From Granulicella sp. (GTDB taxonomy: Bacteria; Acidobacteriota; Terriglobia; Terriglobales; Acidobacteriaceae), in NCBI GenBank assembly GCA_027339965.1, contig DAHWNL010000036.1:59691-123690 (forward strand): a DNA stretch of 64,000 nt, in the 5' to 3' direction. The notes under the pieces are model-generated. The model was not told the DNA's origin. It searched no databases and worked only from the letters and a program-made list of their open reading frames with translations. A program made the position numbers and the translations under genes. Each line of letters begins with the position of its first letter. The stretch's first letter is position 1. Shown here one piece after another: positions 17,842-28,099 of this stretch.

Positions 17842-19443
17842 TTACTTCTTCCAGTTGGCTCCTGGACGCGCCACAGTGTACATCTTCGCCCCGATCTGGT
17901 CGAACAGGCCGTCGCGATCCTCTCCCACTTTGTAAAGGTCAAAGTGAGAGCGTCCGGGGAGATAGTGGAAGTGGGGATCGGCTCCGAGCTTGTTCAGGCG
18001 GGCTTCAAAGAGGCGGGCGGAGCCGTCCAGATAGAACGTATCGGCGGTTCCCACAAAGAGGTGGATGCGGCCTTTGAGCAGAGGTCCAGTTTGCGGCCAC
18101 TCTGTTTCTACCCGGTGCGCCAGATCATAGTGATCATGCCAGTAGGCCACCACAGCGGGTTTCACGTCTCCGGTGACGCGGTCAAACATGGGCATGGGCG
18201 CTCCGCTGGGGGAGCGAGGCGAGAAGACCCAGTCAAAGGAAGTCATCTGGCCACCGTAGGGGCCCAGAACCGCCTCCATTTTGGCGAACTGTTCGATGGT
18301 GGCCACTACCTTCCCGTCGATGCGCACGATCGGATAGGCGGTTCCGTCGGGCCGGTGGTACACGTTGGCGTGAGGAGCGTAGAGATCCGGGCCGGTGAAG
18401 TTGTGGAAGTCACTGGGGTCTGGCGAGGTAGACCATGTTCCTCCAAAGATCCGGGGATAGTTGACCTGGAGTTGCAAGGTGGCCCAGCCGCCGCTGGAAT
18501 GGCCGTTGAGAAAGCGTCCGTTGCGTTTCGCATCCATGCGGTAGGTGCGCTCCAGCATGGGGATGAACTCGGCGGTCAGGGCTGTGCCCCAGGGGCCATC
18601 GTTGACGGAGTTGGCGAACTCATGGGCGCCTTCGGGGCAGGACTAATCCAGCATCACCCAGATCATGGGAGGCATCTTGCGCTGGACCATGCGGTCACGA
18701 ATCATTTCGCCCATCACCAGGTTGTAATCCATTATTGGCGCCAAAGCCATGTGTGAAGTAGGCCGTCGGATAACGACGGTGCCTGTTGCCAGCGTAGCCC
18801 GGCGGCAGGATAACCCAGGCTCGGATGGAAGTGGAGTTGCCGGAGAAGTGGGTGAGCAGCGGGCTAACCATCTCCTGCCGCTCGATCTCTCCGGGCTTCA
18901 CCTGCTGCATGGCGTGGGCCAGTGCCGCCTGGCGCTGCGGGTTGGCGCAGTATGTTCGTTCAGGGTGAGGGTCGCCTCCGGGCTTTGCGGGTTCCACTGC
19001 GTCAGGTTCGCCACCGGACTGATCCAATCCCGGGGGGGGGGTGCGGCCGGAGTAATTGATAGGAGTGGTCCGTATCCAGCACGGCTCGCACCTCATAGTC
19101 GCCCGGCGGCAGCGCGGAGAAGGGCCTGGGATAGGCAATCAGGTCGGCATCGAACTGCACCGAGGCGCCGGGAGCCAGATCGCGCACCTCCTGAGCAGCC
19201 CCAGGTCTGCTGATTCTCCTGGCTGGGATGGAACTCCTGGACGTCCACCTCCGCGTCTCCCTTACCCGGTTTGAGAAAGACGAGCAGGCGTCCGCTGAGT
19301 GGCTGAGCTGCGGCGGAGCCCAGCCGGATCCGAAAGAATGTGTGCGGTGGCGCCTGCTGGGCGGAGGAGCGGCTGGAGGCAAGGCCAAGACTGGCTGCAA
19401 TGGCTGCGCAGGCGAGCAGAGGGGCGGTTGGGCGGCGCCGCAT
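17842..19443 (-). pseudogene. Exported putative esterase (Fes/IroE-like alpha/beta hydrolase) with several frameshifts and one in-frame stop
   Basis: Consecutive fragments in different frames: signal peptide MRRRPTAPLLACAA..., PPGDYEVRAVLD, ILPPGY...YPTAYFTHGFG, WVMLD*SCP, FIPMLERTY...GHSSGGW. G10 run at 19032-19041. Confidence 0.8.
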
Positions 19444-19601
19444 GGATCGGGATCTCTCAAAAAAAGCATTGAGGGATGATACCAGCCTACGGTCAGCTGC
19501 TGGATGGTCAGGATGGCGCACGAGCGAGACTGCCTGCGAGAGATGAAGCGCCGGCCGGGACGCGACTCGACGCCGCGAAGCCTGCCCGATCTTCCACCGC
19601 G

Positions 19602-21119
19602 CTACTCGACGTGATAGTTGGGCGCTTCGCGGGTGATAACGACGTCATGGACGTGGCTCTCGCGCAGTCCGGCACCCGAGATGCGGACAAAGCGCGCCTT
19701 CTGGTGGAGCTCTGCGATGGTTCCGCAACCCAGGTAGCCCATGCCAGAGCGCAGGCCGCCGACCAGTTGATAGATGGTATCCTCCAGCGGGCCGCGATAC
19801 GGCACGCGGCCTTCGATGCCCTCGGGGACAAACTTGGCCAGTCGGTTGCTGTTCTCCCGGGCGGTGATGGAGGTTCGAGCCTCTTCTTCCACACTCATGT
19901 CATCCTTGCTTTGGAAGTAGCGTTCGCCGGAGCCCTGAGCCATGGCGCTCAGACTGCCCATGCCGCGATACGTCTTGAAGCTGCGGCCCTGATAAAGGAT
20001 GGTTTCGCCGGGACTCTCATCCACGCCGGCGAAGAGCGAGCCCAGCATGCAGACGCCGGCTCCGGCGGCGATGGCCTTGGTGAGGTCGCCCGAGTATTTG
20101 ACGCCGCCGTCGGCGATGATGGAGACGCCACGCTGCCGGGCGGCGCGGTAGGACTCCGCGATGGCGGTGATCTGGGGCATGCCGGCGCCGGTGACCATGC
20201 GGGTGGTGCAGATGGAGCCGGGACCGATGCCCACCTTGACCGCATCCGCGCCGGCGTCGATCAGCGCCAGAGTGCCCTCGTAGGTCGCCACGTTCCCAGC
20301 CAAGAGATCGACGTCCGGAAAGGCCTGCTTCACCTGAGAGATGGCTTCCAGGACGCGCGAGGAGTGGCCGTGGGCGGAGTCGATGGCCAGAGCATCCACG
20401 CGGTAGCGCACCAGTTCGGCGGCGCGTTCCAGAAAGTCACCGGTGGCTCCGATGGCGCCGGCGACGCGCAGGCGGCCCTGTTCATCCTTGCTGGCGTTGG
20501 GGTACTTCAACTTCTTCTGGATATCCTTGACGGTGATCAGGCCCTTGAGTTCGTAAGCGTCATTGACCACCAGCAGCTTCTCTACCCGATGCTGATGCAG
20601 AATCTGTTCGGCCTGCTCGAGCGTGGTTCCCACGGGAACGGTGATCAGATTGGACTTGGTCATCACGTCGCCAACGGGGATATCGGTGCGGGAGACGAAG
20701 CGCAGGTCACGATTGGTGAGAATGCCCACCAGCTTGTTGTTCCGGGTGACGGGCACGCCGGAGATCTTGAAGCGGCGCATCACCTCCAGGGCATCGGCGA
20801 TGGGCCGCTCCGGCTCGATGGTGACCGGATCCACGATCATGCCGCTCTCCGAGCGCTTCACCTTGTCGATCTCGCCGGCCTGGTGCTCGATGGAGAGATT
20901 GCGGTGGACGACACCCAGACCTCCCAACTGGGCGATAGCGATGGCCAGGCGGGACTCGGTGACTGTATCCATGGCGGCTGACATCAGGGGCGTGGCGAGG
21001 GTAATCCTTGGGGTCAGTTGTACCTGGGTGCTGACCTGGGAGGGAACCACGTCCGAGTAGGCGGGAACCAGCAGGACGTCGTCGAAGGTGAGCGCTTCGG
21101 GGATCTTGTCGAGGATCAT
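19602..21119 (-). CDS. guaB: IMP dehydrogenase with a CBS pair
   Basis: [45 protein letters not shown] and RESHVHDV. Confidence 0.97.
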   Translation of the reverse strand: MILDKIPEALTFDDVLLVPAYSDVVPSQVSTQVQLTPRITLATPLMSAAMDTVTESRLAIAIAQLGGLGVVHRNLSIEHQAGEIDKVKRSESGMIVDPVTIEPERPIADALEVMRRFKISGVPVTRNNKLVGILTNRDLRFVSRTDIPVGDVMTKSNLITVPVGTTLEQAEQILHQHRVEKLLVVNDAYELKGLITVKDIQKKLKYPNASKDEQGRLRVAGAIGATGDFLERAAELVRYRVDALAIDSAHGHSSRVLEAISQVKQAFPDVDLLAGNVATYEGTLALIDAGADAVKVGIGPGSICTTRMVTGAGMPQITAIAESYRAARQRGVSIIADGGVKYSGDLTKAIAAGAGVCMLGSLFAGVDESPGETILYQGRSFKTYRGMGSLSAMAQGSGERYFQSKDDMSVEEEARTSITARENSNRLAKFVPEGIEGRVPYRGPLEDTIYQLVGGLRSGMGYLGCGTIAELHQKARFVRISGAGLRESHVHDVVITREAPNYHVE

Positions 21120-21367
21120 ACCCCTCTATTGTTGCATCTGGAGACCCGTGTTGCACCTGGAGAGTGCGGGCGGCATTGAGTTGACGAGCGGGGCGGAATG
21201 GGGTGAGATGATGGTGGATGGAAGGCTTGGATCCTCTCAAGAAAGAGGACAACAGAGGAGCGCTGAATCCCGACGAGCCCACGGTGGGACCTGCTCCGGA
21301 TGCGCAAGGATGGAGTCCGGCGGCGAGGAAGATGAACGGCTGAGAGGGCAGGGCTGAGAGGATTTGC

Positions 21368-22171
21368 ATGAGCGACATGATTGTGGTGAAGGATCTGGTG
21401 AAGAACTACGCAGATTTCTGCGCAGTGAACCAGATCTCCTTTACCGTTCCCGAGGGCCGGATCTTTGCCTTTCTGGGCCCCAATGGAGCGGGCAAGACCA
21501 CCACGATCAAGATGCTCACCACCATCCTGGAGCCCAGCGGAGGTACTTTGCGGGTGAACGGCTTTGACCCGGTCTCACAGCGGAAGCAGGCGCGCCGCTC
21601 CTTCGGCATCGTCTTTCAGGATCCGAGTCTGGATGAAGAACTGACCGCGCAGGAGAACCTGGACCTGCATGGGGCGCTCTACGGCGTCCCGCGCGGAGAG
21701 CGGCTGCAGCGCATGCAGGCGCTGCTGGAGCTGGTGGGGCTCTGGGACCGGCGGAACGAGTTTGTCAAACAATTCTCCGGGGGCATGAAGCGCCGCCTGG
21801 AGTTAGCCCGGGCGCTGCTGCACAGGCCGCGCATCCTGTTCCTGGACGAGCCGACGATCGGCCTGGACCCGCAGACTCGCAATCACATCTGGGGCTATAT
21901 CGCCACGCTTAGCAGGCAGCAGAACGTCACCGTCTTCTTCACGACGCACTACATGGAAGAGGCCGATCGCGTTGCCGGCGAGGTCGCCGTAATCGACCAC
22001 GGCAGGATCATCGCGCAGGGAACGCCAGCCGCGCTCAAGCAGCAGAACGGAGCGGCCACGCTGGAGGACGCCTTCATCGCCCTGACCGGCCACGATATTC
22101 GCGACGAGGAGGCCGGCGCAGCCGATCATATGCGCGCGATGCGCAACGTGTGGAGAGGTGGCCGGCGATGA
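21368..22171 (+). CDS. ABC exporter ATP-binding subunit (DrrA-like)
   Basis: GPNGAGKTT, FSGGMKRRLE, LFLDEPT and TTHYMEEA. Confidence 0.92.
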   Translation: MSDMIVVKDLVKNYADFCAVNQISFTVPEGRIFAFLGPNGAGKTTTIKMLTTILEPSGGTLRVNGFDPVSQRKQARRSFGIVFQDPSLDEELTAQENLDLHGALYGVPRGERLQRMQALLELVGLWDRRNEFVKQFSGGMKRRLELARALLHRPRILFLDEPTIGLDPQTRNHIWGYIATLSRQQNVTVFFTTHYMEEADRVAGEVAVIDHGRIIAQGTPAALKQQNGAATLEDAFIALTGHDIRDEEAGAADHMRAMRNVWRGGRR

Positions 22172-22914
22172 GAGCGATTCTTGTTCTTTGCATCCGGCAG
22201 CTGAAGCGCTATATCCGGTCGCCGGCGCGCATCGTTGGGTCGCTGGGCCAGCCGGTGATCTTTCTGCTGGCGCTCGGCTTCGGCATTGGTTCGGTGTTCC
22301 GCAGGGCCGGCTCAGGCAACTACCTGAGCTTTCTGGCTCCGGGAATCATCGTGATGGGCATCATGTTCACGGCCGTGTTCTCCGGAATCGAGATCATCTG
22401 GGACCGTCAGTTCGGCTTCCTCAAGGAGACGCTGGTGGCGCCGGTCTCGCGCCTGCAGATCGTGCTGGGACGGGTTCTGGGCGGCGCCATCGTGGCCATT
22501 CTGCAGGGCTTTGCCGTCTTTCTGGTGTGCCTGGCCTTTGGCTTCCGGGTTCACCAGATCATGATGGCTCCGCTGGCCGTGCTCTTCATGTTCCTCATCG
22601 CCATCCTGTTTACCTCCATTGGCACGGCGATCGGCTCCGTGCTGCAGGATATGCAGGGGTTTCCGCTGGTGATGAACTTTCTGGTGATGCCGCTGTTTTT
22701 CTTCTCCGATGCTCTGTTTCCCATCAAGGGTCTGCCCAAGGCTTTGGAGGGAGCCCTGCGCCTGAACCCGGTGACGTACGGGGTGGATGGCCTGCGCGGC
22801 GCGCTGATCGGGGTCTCTTCCTTCCATTTTCTGACCGACTTCGCAGTCCTGGCCCTGCTGAGCGCCATCCTGCTGGCCATCGGCAGTTATCTGTTCGCGA
22901 AGATTCAGTTGTGA
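22168..22914 (+). CDS. ABC-2 exporter permease (DrrB-like)
   Basis: FLAPG, DRQFGFLKETLVAP, NPVTYGVDGLR, about six TM helices, and an ATGA overlap with the ATPase gene. Confidence 0.9.
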   Translation: MRAILVLCIRQLKRYIRSPARIVGSLGQPVIFLLALGFGIGSVFRRAGSGNYLSFLAPGIIVMGIMFTAVFSGIEIIWDRQFGFLKETLVAPVSRLQIVLGRVLGGAIVAILQGFAVFLVCLAFGFRVHQIMMAPLAVLFMFLIAILFTSIGTAIGSVLQDMQGFPLVMNFLVMPLFFFSDALFPIKGLPKALEGALRLNPVTYGVDGLRGALIGVSSFHFLTDFAVLALLSAILLAIGSYLFAKIQL

Positions 22915-23017
22915 GAACTCTGGCGGGGAAAATGGGAGTTGGCCCGCGTACCGATCGGCGTCCGCCCTTCGGCTCTGAGCCCTGTGAGCCATGCAGCGTT
23001 CGTCTGACTTCCGCTGC

Positions 23018-24436
23018 TTATGAAGGCAGCGCTGGGCCACTCGAAGACTCCGCGGGCCCGGAGCTGGCAAGCAGCTCCTCGCGCGAGCGCTGTTCGCTGG
23101 AGGCTGAGGCGTTGCCCGAGACGCCGTAAGCTACCGCGGCCGCAATGATGGCAGGAACGATGAAGGCGTGTCCGCCGGTGGTCTCAGCCACAAAGACCAC
23201 GGCGGCCAGCGGCGTCTTGTAGCCGGCTGACAAAAAGGCGGCCATGCCCACCGCGGCGTAGAGGCCGGAGTTGGCGCTATGCACGATGGACTGCGCAAAG
23301 GCTGTTCCCAGAGCTCCACCGGTAAGAAAGAGTGGGACAAACATGGCGCTGACTCCACCCGTGCCCAGCGTGGCGATCGTGGCTCCGAGCTTGAGCGCAG
23401 CAAAGGAGAGCAACTCCGTGGTCGCGTGGTGCCGGTTGAGGATCATCCCCACGGCCTCATAGTTCGGGCCCAGCGGCGTCAGGCGGCCGGGGTAGAGTTG
23501 CAGAAAGACCAGGCCGCACAGGCCGGTCAGCAATCCACCGATCCCCATCTTGACCCAGTGGGGCATACGGGCCCGCATGACGAGGCGACGCACGCGGCGA
23601 AAGACGATGACGAACACCAGAGCCAGCAGGCCAATGAACAGCCCGAGCATCGCGCTCCAGTAGATATCTCTGCGGGTGTAGGAGCCGACGCTATGGAAGC
23701 CGAAGAGCGGCTTGGCTCCCAGGAACGCGCTGAGGGTTACGAAGGCCACCACAGAGGCAATGAGCGACGGCGCGAGCGCCTCGTAAGCCAGGTCGTCGAG
23801 AAAGGGCATCTCCAGGGCAAAGACGATGCCGGTGAGCGGCGCCCGGAAGACGGCGGACATGCCGGCGGCGGCTCCGCAGATGAGCATGATGCGGCGCTCG
23901 CGGTCGCTGAGAGGGAAGCGGCGCAGCCTGTTCCAGAGTCCAGAACCGATGGCTCCGCCGCCATAGATGCTGGGACCCTCAAGCGCGGCGCTTCCGCCGG
24001 AACCCACCGTGGCGATGGCGGCGGCGATCTTGGGGAAAAAGCTGCGCAGATCCATTCGGCCCCCATGCAGGTGGTAAGCGCGGATCACTTCCTCGGTGGA
24101 GTGTTCATTAGGATCGGGAGTCAACTTCTGCATGATCAGGCCGGCCAGCACCGAACCCGACACCAGCCCGGGCACAATGGCCCAGTGGTGGTCCAGATAA
24201 GTGCTCAGTACAAGCGGCCACAACCAGTCCAAAAGGACCATCACCAGTCCGGTGATGGCAAGGCCTGTGACTACCCCGGCGATGGGCGCCAGCAGTAGAC
24301 ATTTGCGCGGATTGCAGGCTTCGGCGCGAGTGTCGCCTGCACCCTCCTGGAAGAACAGACGGCGGACCAGACGCTGGAAGGGAATAAGGTGCTGAGACCC
24401 GCTGTTCTGGCGAGCAGAATCACCCGAGGTGTTCAT
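23018..24436 (-). CDS. ClC-family chloride channel/transporter
   Basis: GSGGSAALEGPSIYGG, GAAAGMSAVFRAPLTGIVFALE and YKTPLAAVVFVAE. Start MNTSG overlaps the marR stop. Confidence 0.87.
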   Translation of the reverse strand: MNTSGDSARQNSGSQHLIPFQRLVRRLFFQEGAGDTRAEACNPRKCLLLAPIAGVVTGLAITGLVMVLLDWLWPLVLSTYLDHHWAIVPGLVSGSVLAGLIMQKLTPDPNEHSTEEVIRAYHLHGGRMDLRSFFPKIAAAIATVGSGGSAALEGPSIYGGGAIGSGLWNRLRRFPLSDRERRIMLICGAAAGMSAVFRAPLTGIVFALEMPFLDDLAYEALAPSLIASVVAFVTLSAFLGAKPLFGFHSVGSYTRRDIYWSAMLGLFIGLLALVFVIVFRRVRRLVMRARMPHWVKMGIGGLLTGLCGLVFLQLYPGRLTPLGPNYEAVGMILNRHHATTELLSFAALKLGATIATLGTGGVSAMFVPLFLTGGALGTAFAQSIVHSANSGLYAAVGMAAFLSAGYKTPLAAVVFVAETTGGHAFIVPAIIAAAVAYGVSGNASASSEQRSREELLASSGPAESSSGPALPS

Positions 24437-24921
24437 GAGGTCCTCCTTCGGCGAGGCTGGGGACTGACCGCGCATCGAGGGGTTGGGGCGGTCGTCTGGC
24501 CGGTGGCGTTCCTGGTCTCCAGCGCCTCGGCGCTGGAGACGATCACCGCGCGCACGCGGCCAACCTCTTCGCGGTGCAGGCGGCTGAGACGGAGGAGAAT
24601 TCTGCGGCCGCGGGGCGTTAGCGAAACCAGCACCTGACGCTGGTCGACAGTAGAGCTCCGCCTGCGCACCAGTCCGCTGCTTGCAGCCCGTTCGACCAGT
24701 CCTACGACAGAGTTGTTTCGCTCCTGAAGAAACTCGGCCAGTTGGGAGATGGTGGCGACGCCGCGCTCTGAGAATCCGGCGATGCCCAGCAGGAGCTGAT
24801 GTTGTTGCGGCGTGACGCCGGCGGACCGGGCTTCTTTTTCGCTGAAGCGAAGAAAGCGCCGGAGCGCGTAGCGGAAGTTGGCTAAACCACGCAGCAACTC
24901 GTGGTCGGGCGGTTGGTTCAT
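24433..24921 (-). CDS. MarR-family regulator
   Basis: VTPQQHQLLL, TISQLAEFL and GLVRRRSSTVDQRQVLVSLTPRG winged-helix motifs. Confidence 0.88.
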   Translation of the reverse strand: MNQPPDHELLRGLANFRYALRRFLRFSEKEARSAGVTPQQHQLLLGIAGFSERGVATISQLAEFLQERNNSVVGLVERAASSGLVRRRSSTVDQRQVLVSLTPRGRRILLRLSRLHREEVGRVRAVIVSSAEALETRNATGQTTAPTPRCAVSPQPRRRRTS

Positions 24922-24971
24922 TCTGGCGAGCTCCGGAGCGGCGCGCTTCCTGCGCAGATAGCCGCACTTAA

Positions 24972-24994
24972 ATTAGATCGCAATGCAATCTAAT
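24972..24994. promoter_or_regulatory. Palindromic operator upstream of marR
   Basis: ATTAGATCGCAATGCAATCTAAT, a near-perfect 23-bp inverted repeat about 50 bp before the marR start. Confidence 0.65.
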
Positions 24995-25478
24995 GTTACA
25001 TCGCATGATGATCTTTTTACCAGGAGATCCGGAGTAAGAGGCTGGTAGCTCCGGCCATCTGAGCTTCGGAATCGAGAGGGTCGGGCAGGCCAGGTTGCGA
25101 TGGAGAGACGCGCCTTGGCGCCACTTCTTCGCGCGGTGGACCTGCTCGCTCCCTCTTGGCCCCGTTCTCCGTGCCCACGGTTGGGGCGGGACGGATGGGG
25201 TCGATGCCGGGAGGTTTGGGGCGGGCAAGCGAATGCAATCAAGCCGCTCCTCCAGCGGTCATCGGATCCGCTGGCTCCTATGGCGGTGAACTCCAAGGGG
25301 TTGGAGCGGGTTTGCTCCACGCGGCGTCCTCTCTCTCTGAGAGCATTGCATTCTCAAGGCGGCTCCGGATGAGGGGCAAGTGCCGCCTCGATTGGAAGAT
25401 TCGTTGCCTGGGAGCGGAAAAAATCCCGTGCGGGAGGCTGTGGGGAGATTGATAATCTTCTCAGGAAGGTTTTCGATC

Positions 25479-26384
25479 ATGAGCCTGCGCAGATCTTCGC
25501 TCTTTGTGATGTTGGCCTGGATCTTGCCTGGCATTGCCTGGGCCGGCCTTGCCGTTTTGGCGGGGATGCATGCAGGCCTGCGCAGCGTCGGCGCCGGCAG
25601 ATCCAATGGAGACATGCGGAGACCGAAGCTGGCGAGGGCAGCTCCCGTCTCCGCCAGTGTCTTGTTACACGGCAAGCAGCCGGAGCGCAGGCTGGAGATA
25701 AGACCCGTCTTTCTGGGTCCGGAGAGCGCATGGCCGGAACAGGAGAGCGGATGGCAAGGGCCAGTTCCAGTTCCCATCCAACTCCGGAATCCCAGCGGAC
25801 TGGCAGAGGGAAAGGTGCTGGTGGCCAGCCGCAGATTGGGCGATCCGCTCTTTGCCAGAACTGTGATCCTGCTGGTTCACTATGATCGCAGGAGTGTGCT
25901 GGGGCTGGTGCTCAACCGGCGCACCAAGGTGCCAATCTCGCGCGTTTTCAATCTAAAGGCCGCCAGGGATCGCAGCGATCCGGTGTATCTCGGCGGGCCG
26001 GTGCAGCCTTCAGTGGTATTCGCTCTGCTGAAGTCACCGGTTGAATTGAAGAAGGCGGATCGGGTCTTCGACCAGGTATATCTGATCTCCCAAAAGAATC
26101 TCTTTGAAAAAGAGTTGGCGTCCCGGCCGGATCCGGCCGTCTTCCATGTGTACCTGGGCTATGCGGGCTGGACGCAGCAGCAACTTCAGTCCGAGGTACG
26201 GTTGGGCGCCTGGTTCATCTTTCCGGCGGAGGCGGACGAAGTCTTCAACTCCGATCCTGAGGCGCTTTGGAGCCGGATGATTCGAGAGACCGAGTTGGAA
26301 TCGGCGCAGGCGGAGCCATTGCCGGGGATCGTCTCGGGGAGGGAAGGCTTTGAGCGCGCTGCCTTCGTCCTGCACCAGCCTTGA
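25479..26384 (+). CDS. YqgE/AlgH (DUF179) domain protein with a hydrophobic N-terminal extension
   Basis: GKVLVA...DPLFARTVILL, GLVLNR, YLGGPV and YLGYAGWTQQQLQSEVRLGAW. AGGAAGG RBS before ATG 25479. Confidence 0.8.
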   Translation: MSLRRSSLFVMLAWILPGIAWAGLAVLAGMHAGLRSVGAGRSNGDMRRPKLARAAPVSASVLLHGKQPERRLEIRPVFLGPESAWPEQESGWQGPVPVPIQLRNPSGLAEGKVLVASRRLGDPLFARTVILLVHYDRRSVLGLVLNRRTKVPISRVFNLKAARDRSDPVYLGGPVQPSVVFALLKSPVELKKADRVFDQVYLISQKNLFEKELASRPDPAVFHVYLGYAGWTQQQLQSEVRLGAWFIFPAEADEVFNSDPEALWSRMIRETELESAQAEPLPGIVSGREGFERAAFVLHQP

Positions 26385-26402
26385 GCAGCTCGTTTGGAAC
26401 TG

Positions 26403-26802
26403 TTACTGGACCTGGACCGTGGCTTGCAAAGGAAGATCGGTCGAGGAGTCGCCGGCCAGCAGGACGATGGGCGTAGCTTCTACTTCCAGCGCTTGGGTGT
26501 GCTTGTCCCAGTAGGCCAGGCGTTGTGCGGAGATGGCAATTTGCAGGGTCTTGCTCTGTCCGGCGGGGAAGCGGACGCGCTGGAAGCCGTCCAACTCTTT
26601 GCGCGGAGTCCGGATCGTCTACGTAGAGCTGTACCACGGCATCGCCGGCCCGCTGACCGGTGTTGTACACATTCCTGCTGACGGTGATCGCGCCGCCTTT
26701 ATTTAAGAGACGCGCCGCCTTGAAAAATAGATGGTCTGGATTGGAGTCTCCGGAGACTGGCAAAGCGCGGCTGGAGCGTGTGGAGGGCGACCCGGATCCA
26801 GA
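26403..26802 (-). pseudogene. Remnant of a GH3 beta-glucosidase C-terminus (Fn3-like domain)
   Basis: NTGQRAGDAVVQLYV in one frame and LDGFQRV...LAYWD...GDSSTDLPL in another. Upstream, SGSGSPSTRSS reverts to FGFGLSYTRFS by single-base changes. Confidence 0.72.
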
Positions 26803-27185
26803 CGACCCAGCCGTCGCCGGGCCATGCAAACGCGGCCGCCTGTTCATTCTGCCCGATCTCGCGGAGCGCAGGCAACAAGACGGGGATCTCCTGGGATGCT
26901 GCCAAAGTCCACCATGGATCTGCTTGATTTCACGGGTATTTGCGAGGCCTGGATCTCACCCACCGGGAGAACGCCAGGCCGGCCCAGTGCCAGGCCGCCG
27001 AACTCGATTGTTCCAACTCAAATTGTTGGAACAGTTCCCGGCGCCTTCACGTATGATGTTTTGCACTCGGGCTTTTGATGTCAACCCGGCCGGCTGCCCC
27101 CGCGGTTCGGCTGTCCTTTCCTCGTCGCATCCTCACCATCGCGGCCTGCGCCTGTCTTCCTTTGGGCCGTTCAGGAGAATCCTCT

Positions 27186-28085
27186 GTGCCGGAGTCCACG
27201 CACCCACTCGAACTGCGCATTCAGAATCTGACCAAAACCTACAAGAACGGCGTCAAGGCGCTCGACGGCGTTTCGCTCGTGATTCCACGCGGCCTGTACG
27301 GCCTGTTGGGGCCCAATGGCGCGGGCAAATCCACTCTGATGCGCACCATCGCCACGCTTCAGGAACCCGACGCCGGCACGATCCGCTTTGGTTCCATCGA
27401 TGTGCTGGCGCAGAAGGAAGAGGTTCGCAAGCTGCTCGGCTATCTGCCGCAGGACTTTGGCGTCTATCCCCGGGTCAGCGCTGAAGATATGCTCGACCAC
27501 CTGGCTCTGCTCAAAGGCCTCACCCAGGGCAAAGAGCGGCGCGAAGTCGTCCACGCCATGCTCCAACGCGTCAACCTCTGGGAGCATCGCCGCAAGGCGC
27601 TCAGCGGATTCTCGGGCGGCATGCGCCAGCGCTTTGGCATCGCACAGGCCCTGCTGGCGAATCCGCGTCTGCTGATTGTGGACGAGCCGACGGCCGGGCT
27701 TGATCCCGGCGAGCGAAATCGCTTCTACAATCTGCTGGCTGAGATCGGCGAAGATGTCGTCGTCATCCTCTCCACTCACATCGTGCAGGACGTGATGGAG
27801 TTGTGCCGTAACATGGCCATCATTCATCAGGGTCGGGTGCTCTTTGCCGGCTCGCCCGAGGCCGCCGTGGCCAGCCTCGAAGACCGCGTCTGGGCGCGCA
27901 GCGTCGCCCGCGAACAGGTGGAAGAATATCGATCCCGCATGGCCGTCATCTCTCACAAACTCGTCGCCGGCCAACCACGGATTCATGTACTTGCCGATGA
28001 GGCGCCGGAGCCGGGCTTTTTCGCGGTTTCGGCCGATCTTGAAGATGTCTTCTTCGCCAACATCGCCGGTCTGCGCATCAACTAA
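27186..28085 (+). CDS. ABC transporter ATP-binding protein
   Basis: GPNGAGKS, FSGGMRQR, VDEPTAGLDP and LSTH. AGGAGA RBS before GTG 27186. Confidence 0.92.
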   Translation: MPESTHPLELRIQNLTKTYKNGVKALDGVSLVIPRGLYGLLGPNGAGKSTLMRTIATLQEPDAGTIRFGSIDVLAQKEEVRKLLGYLPQDFGVYPRVSAEDMLDHLALLKGLTQGKERREVVHAMLQRVNLWEHRRKALSGFSGGMRQRFGIAQALLANPRLLIVDEPTAGLDPGERNRFYNLLAEIGEDVVVILSTHIVQDVMELCRNMAIIHQGRVLFAGSPEAAVASLEDRVWARSVAREQVEEYRSRMAVISHKLVAGQPRIHVLADEAPEPGFFAVSADLEDVFFANIAGLRIN

Positions 28086-28099
28086 CCCGAGGATCTCCC

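Noticed and set aside
19032..19041. Poly-G phase-variation switch
   Set aside because: The gene has several other frameshifts and a stop codon, so changing tract length would not restore it.
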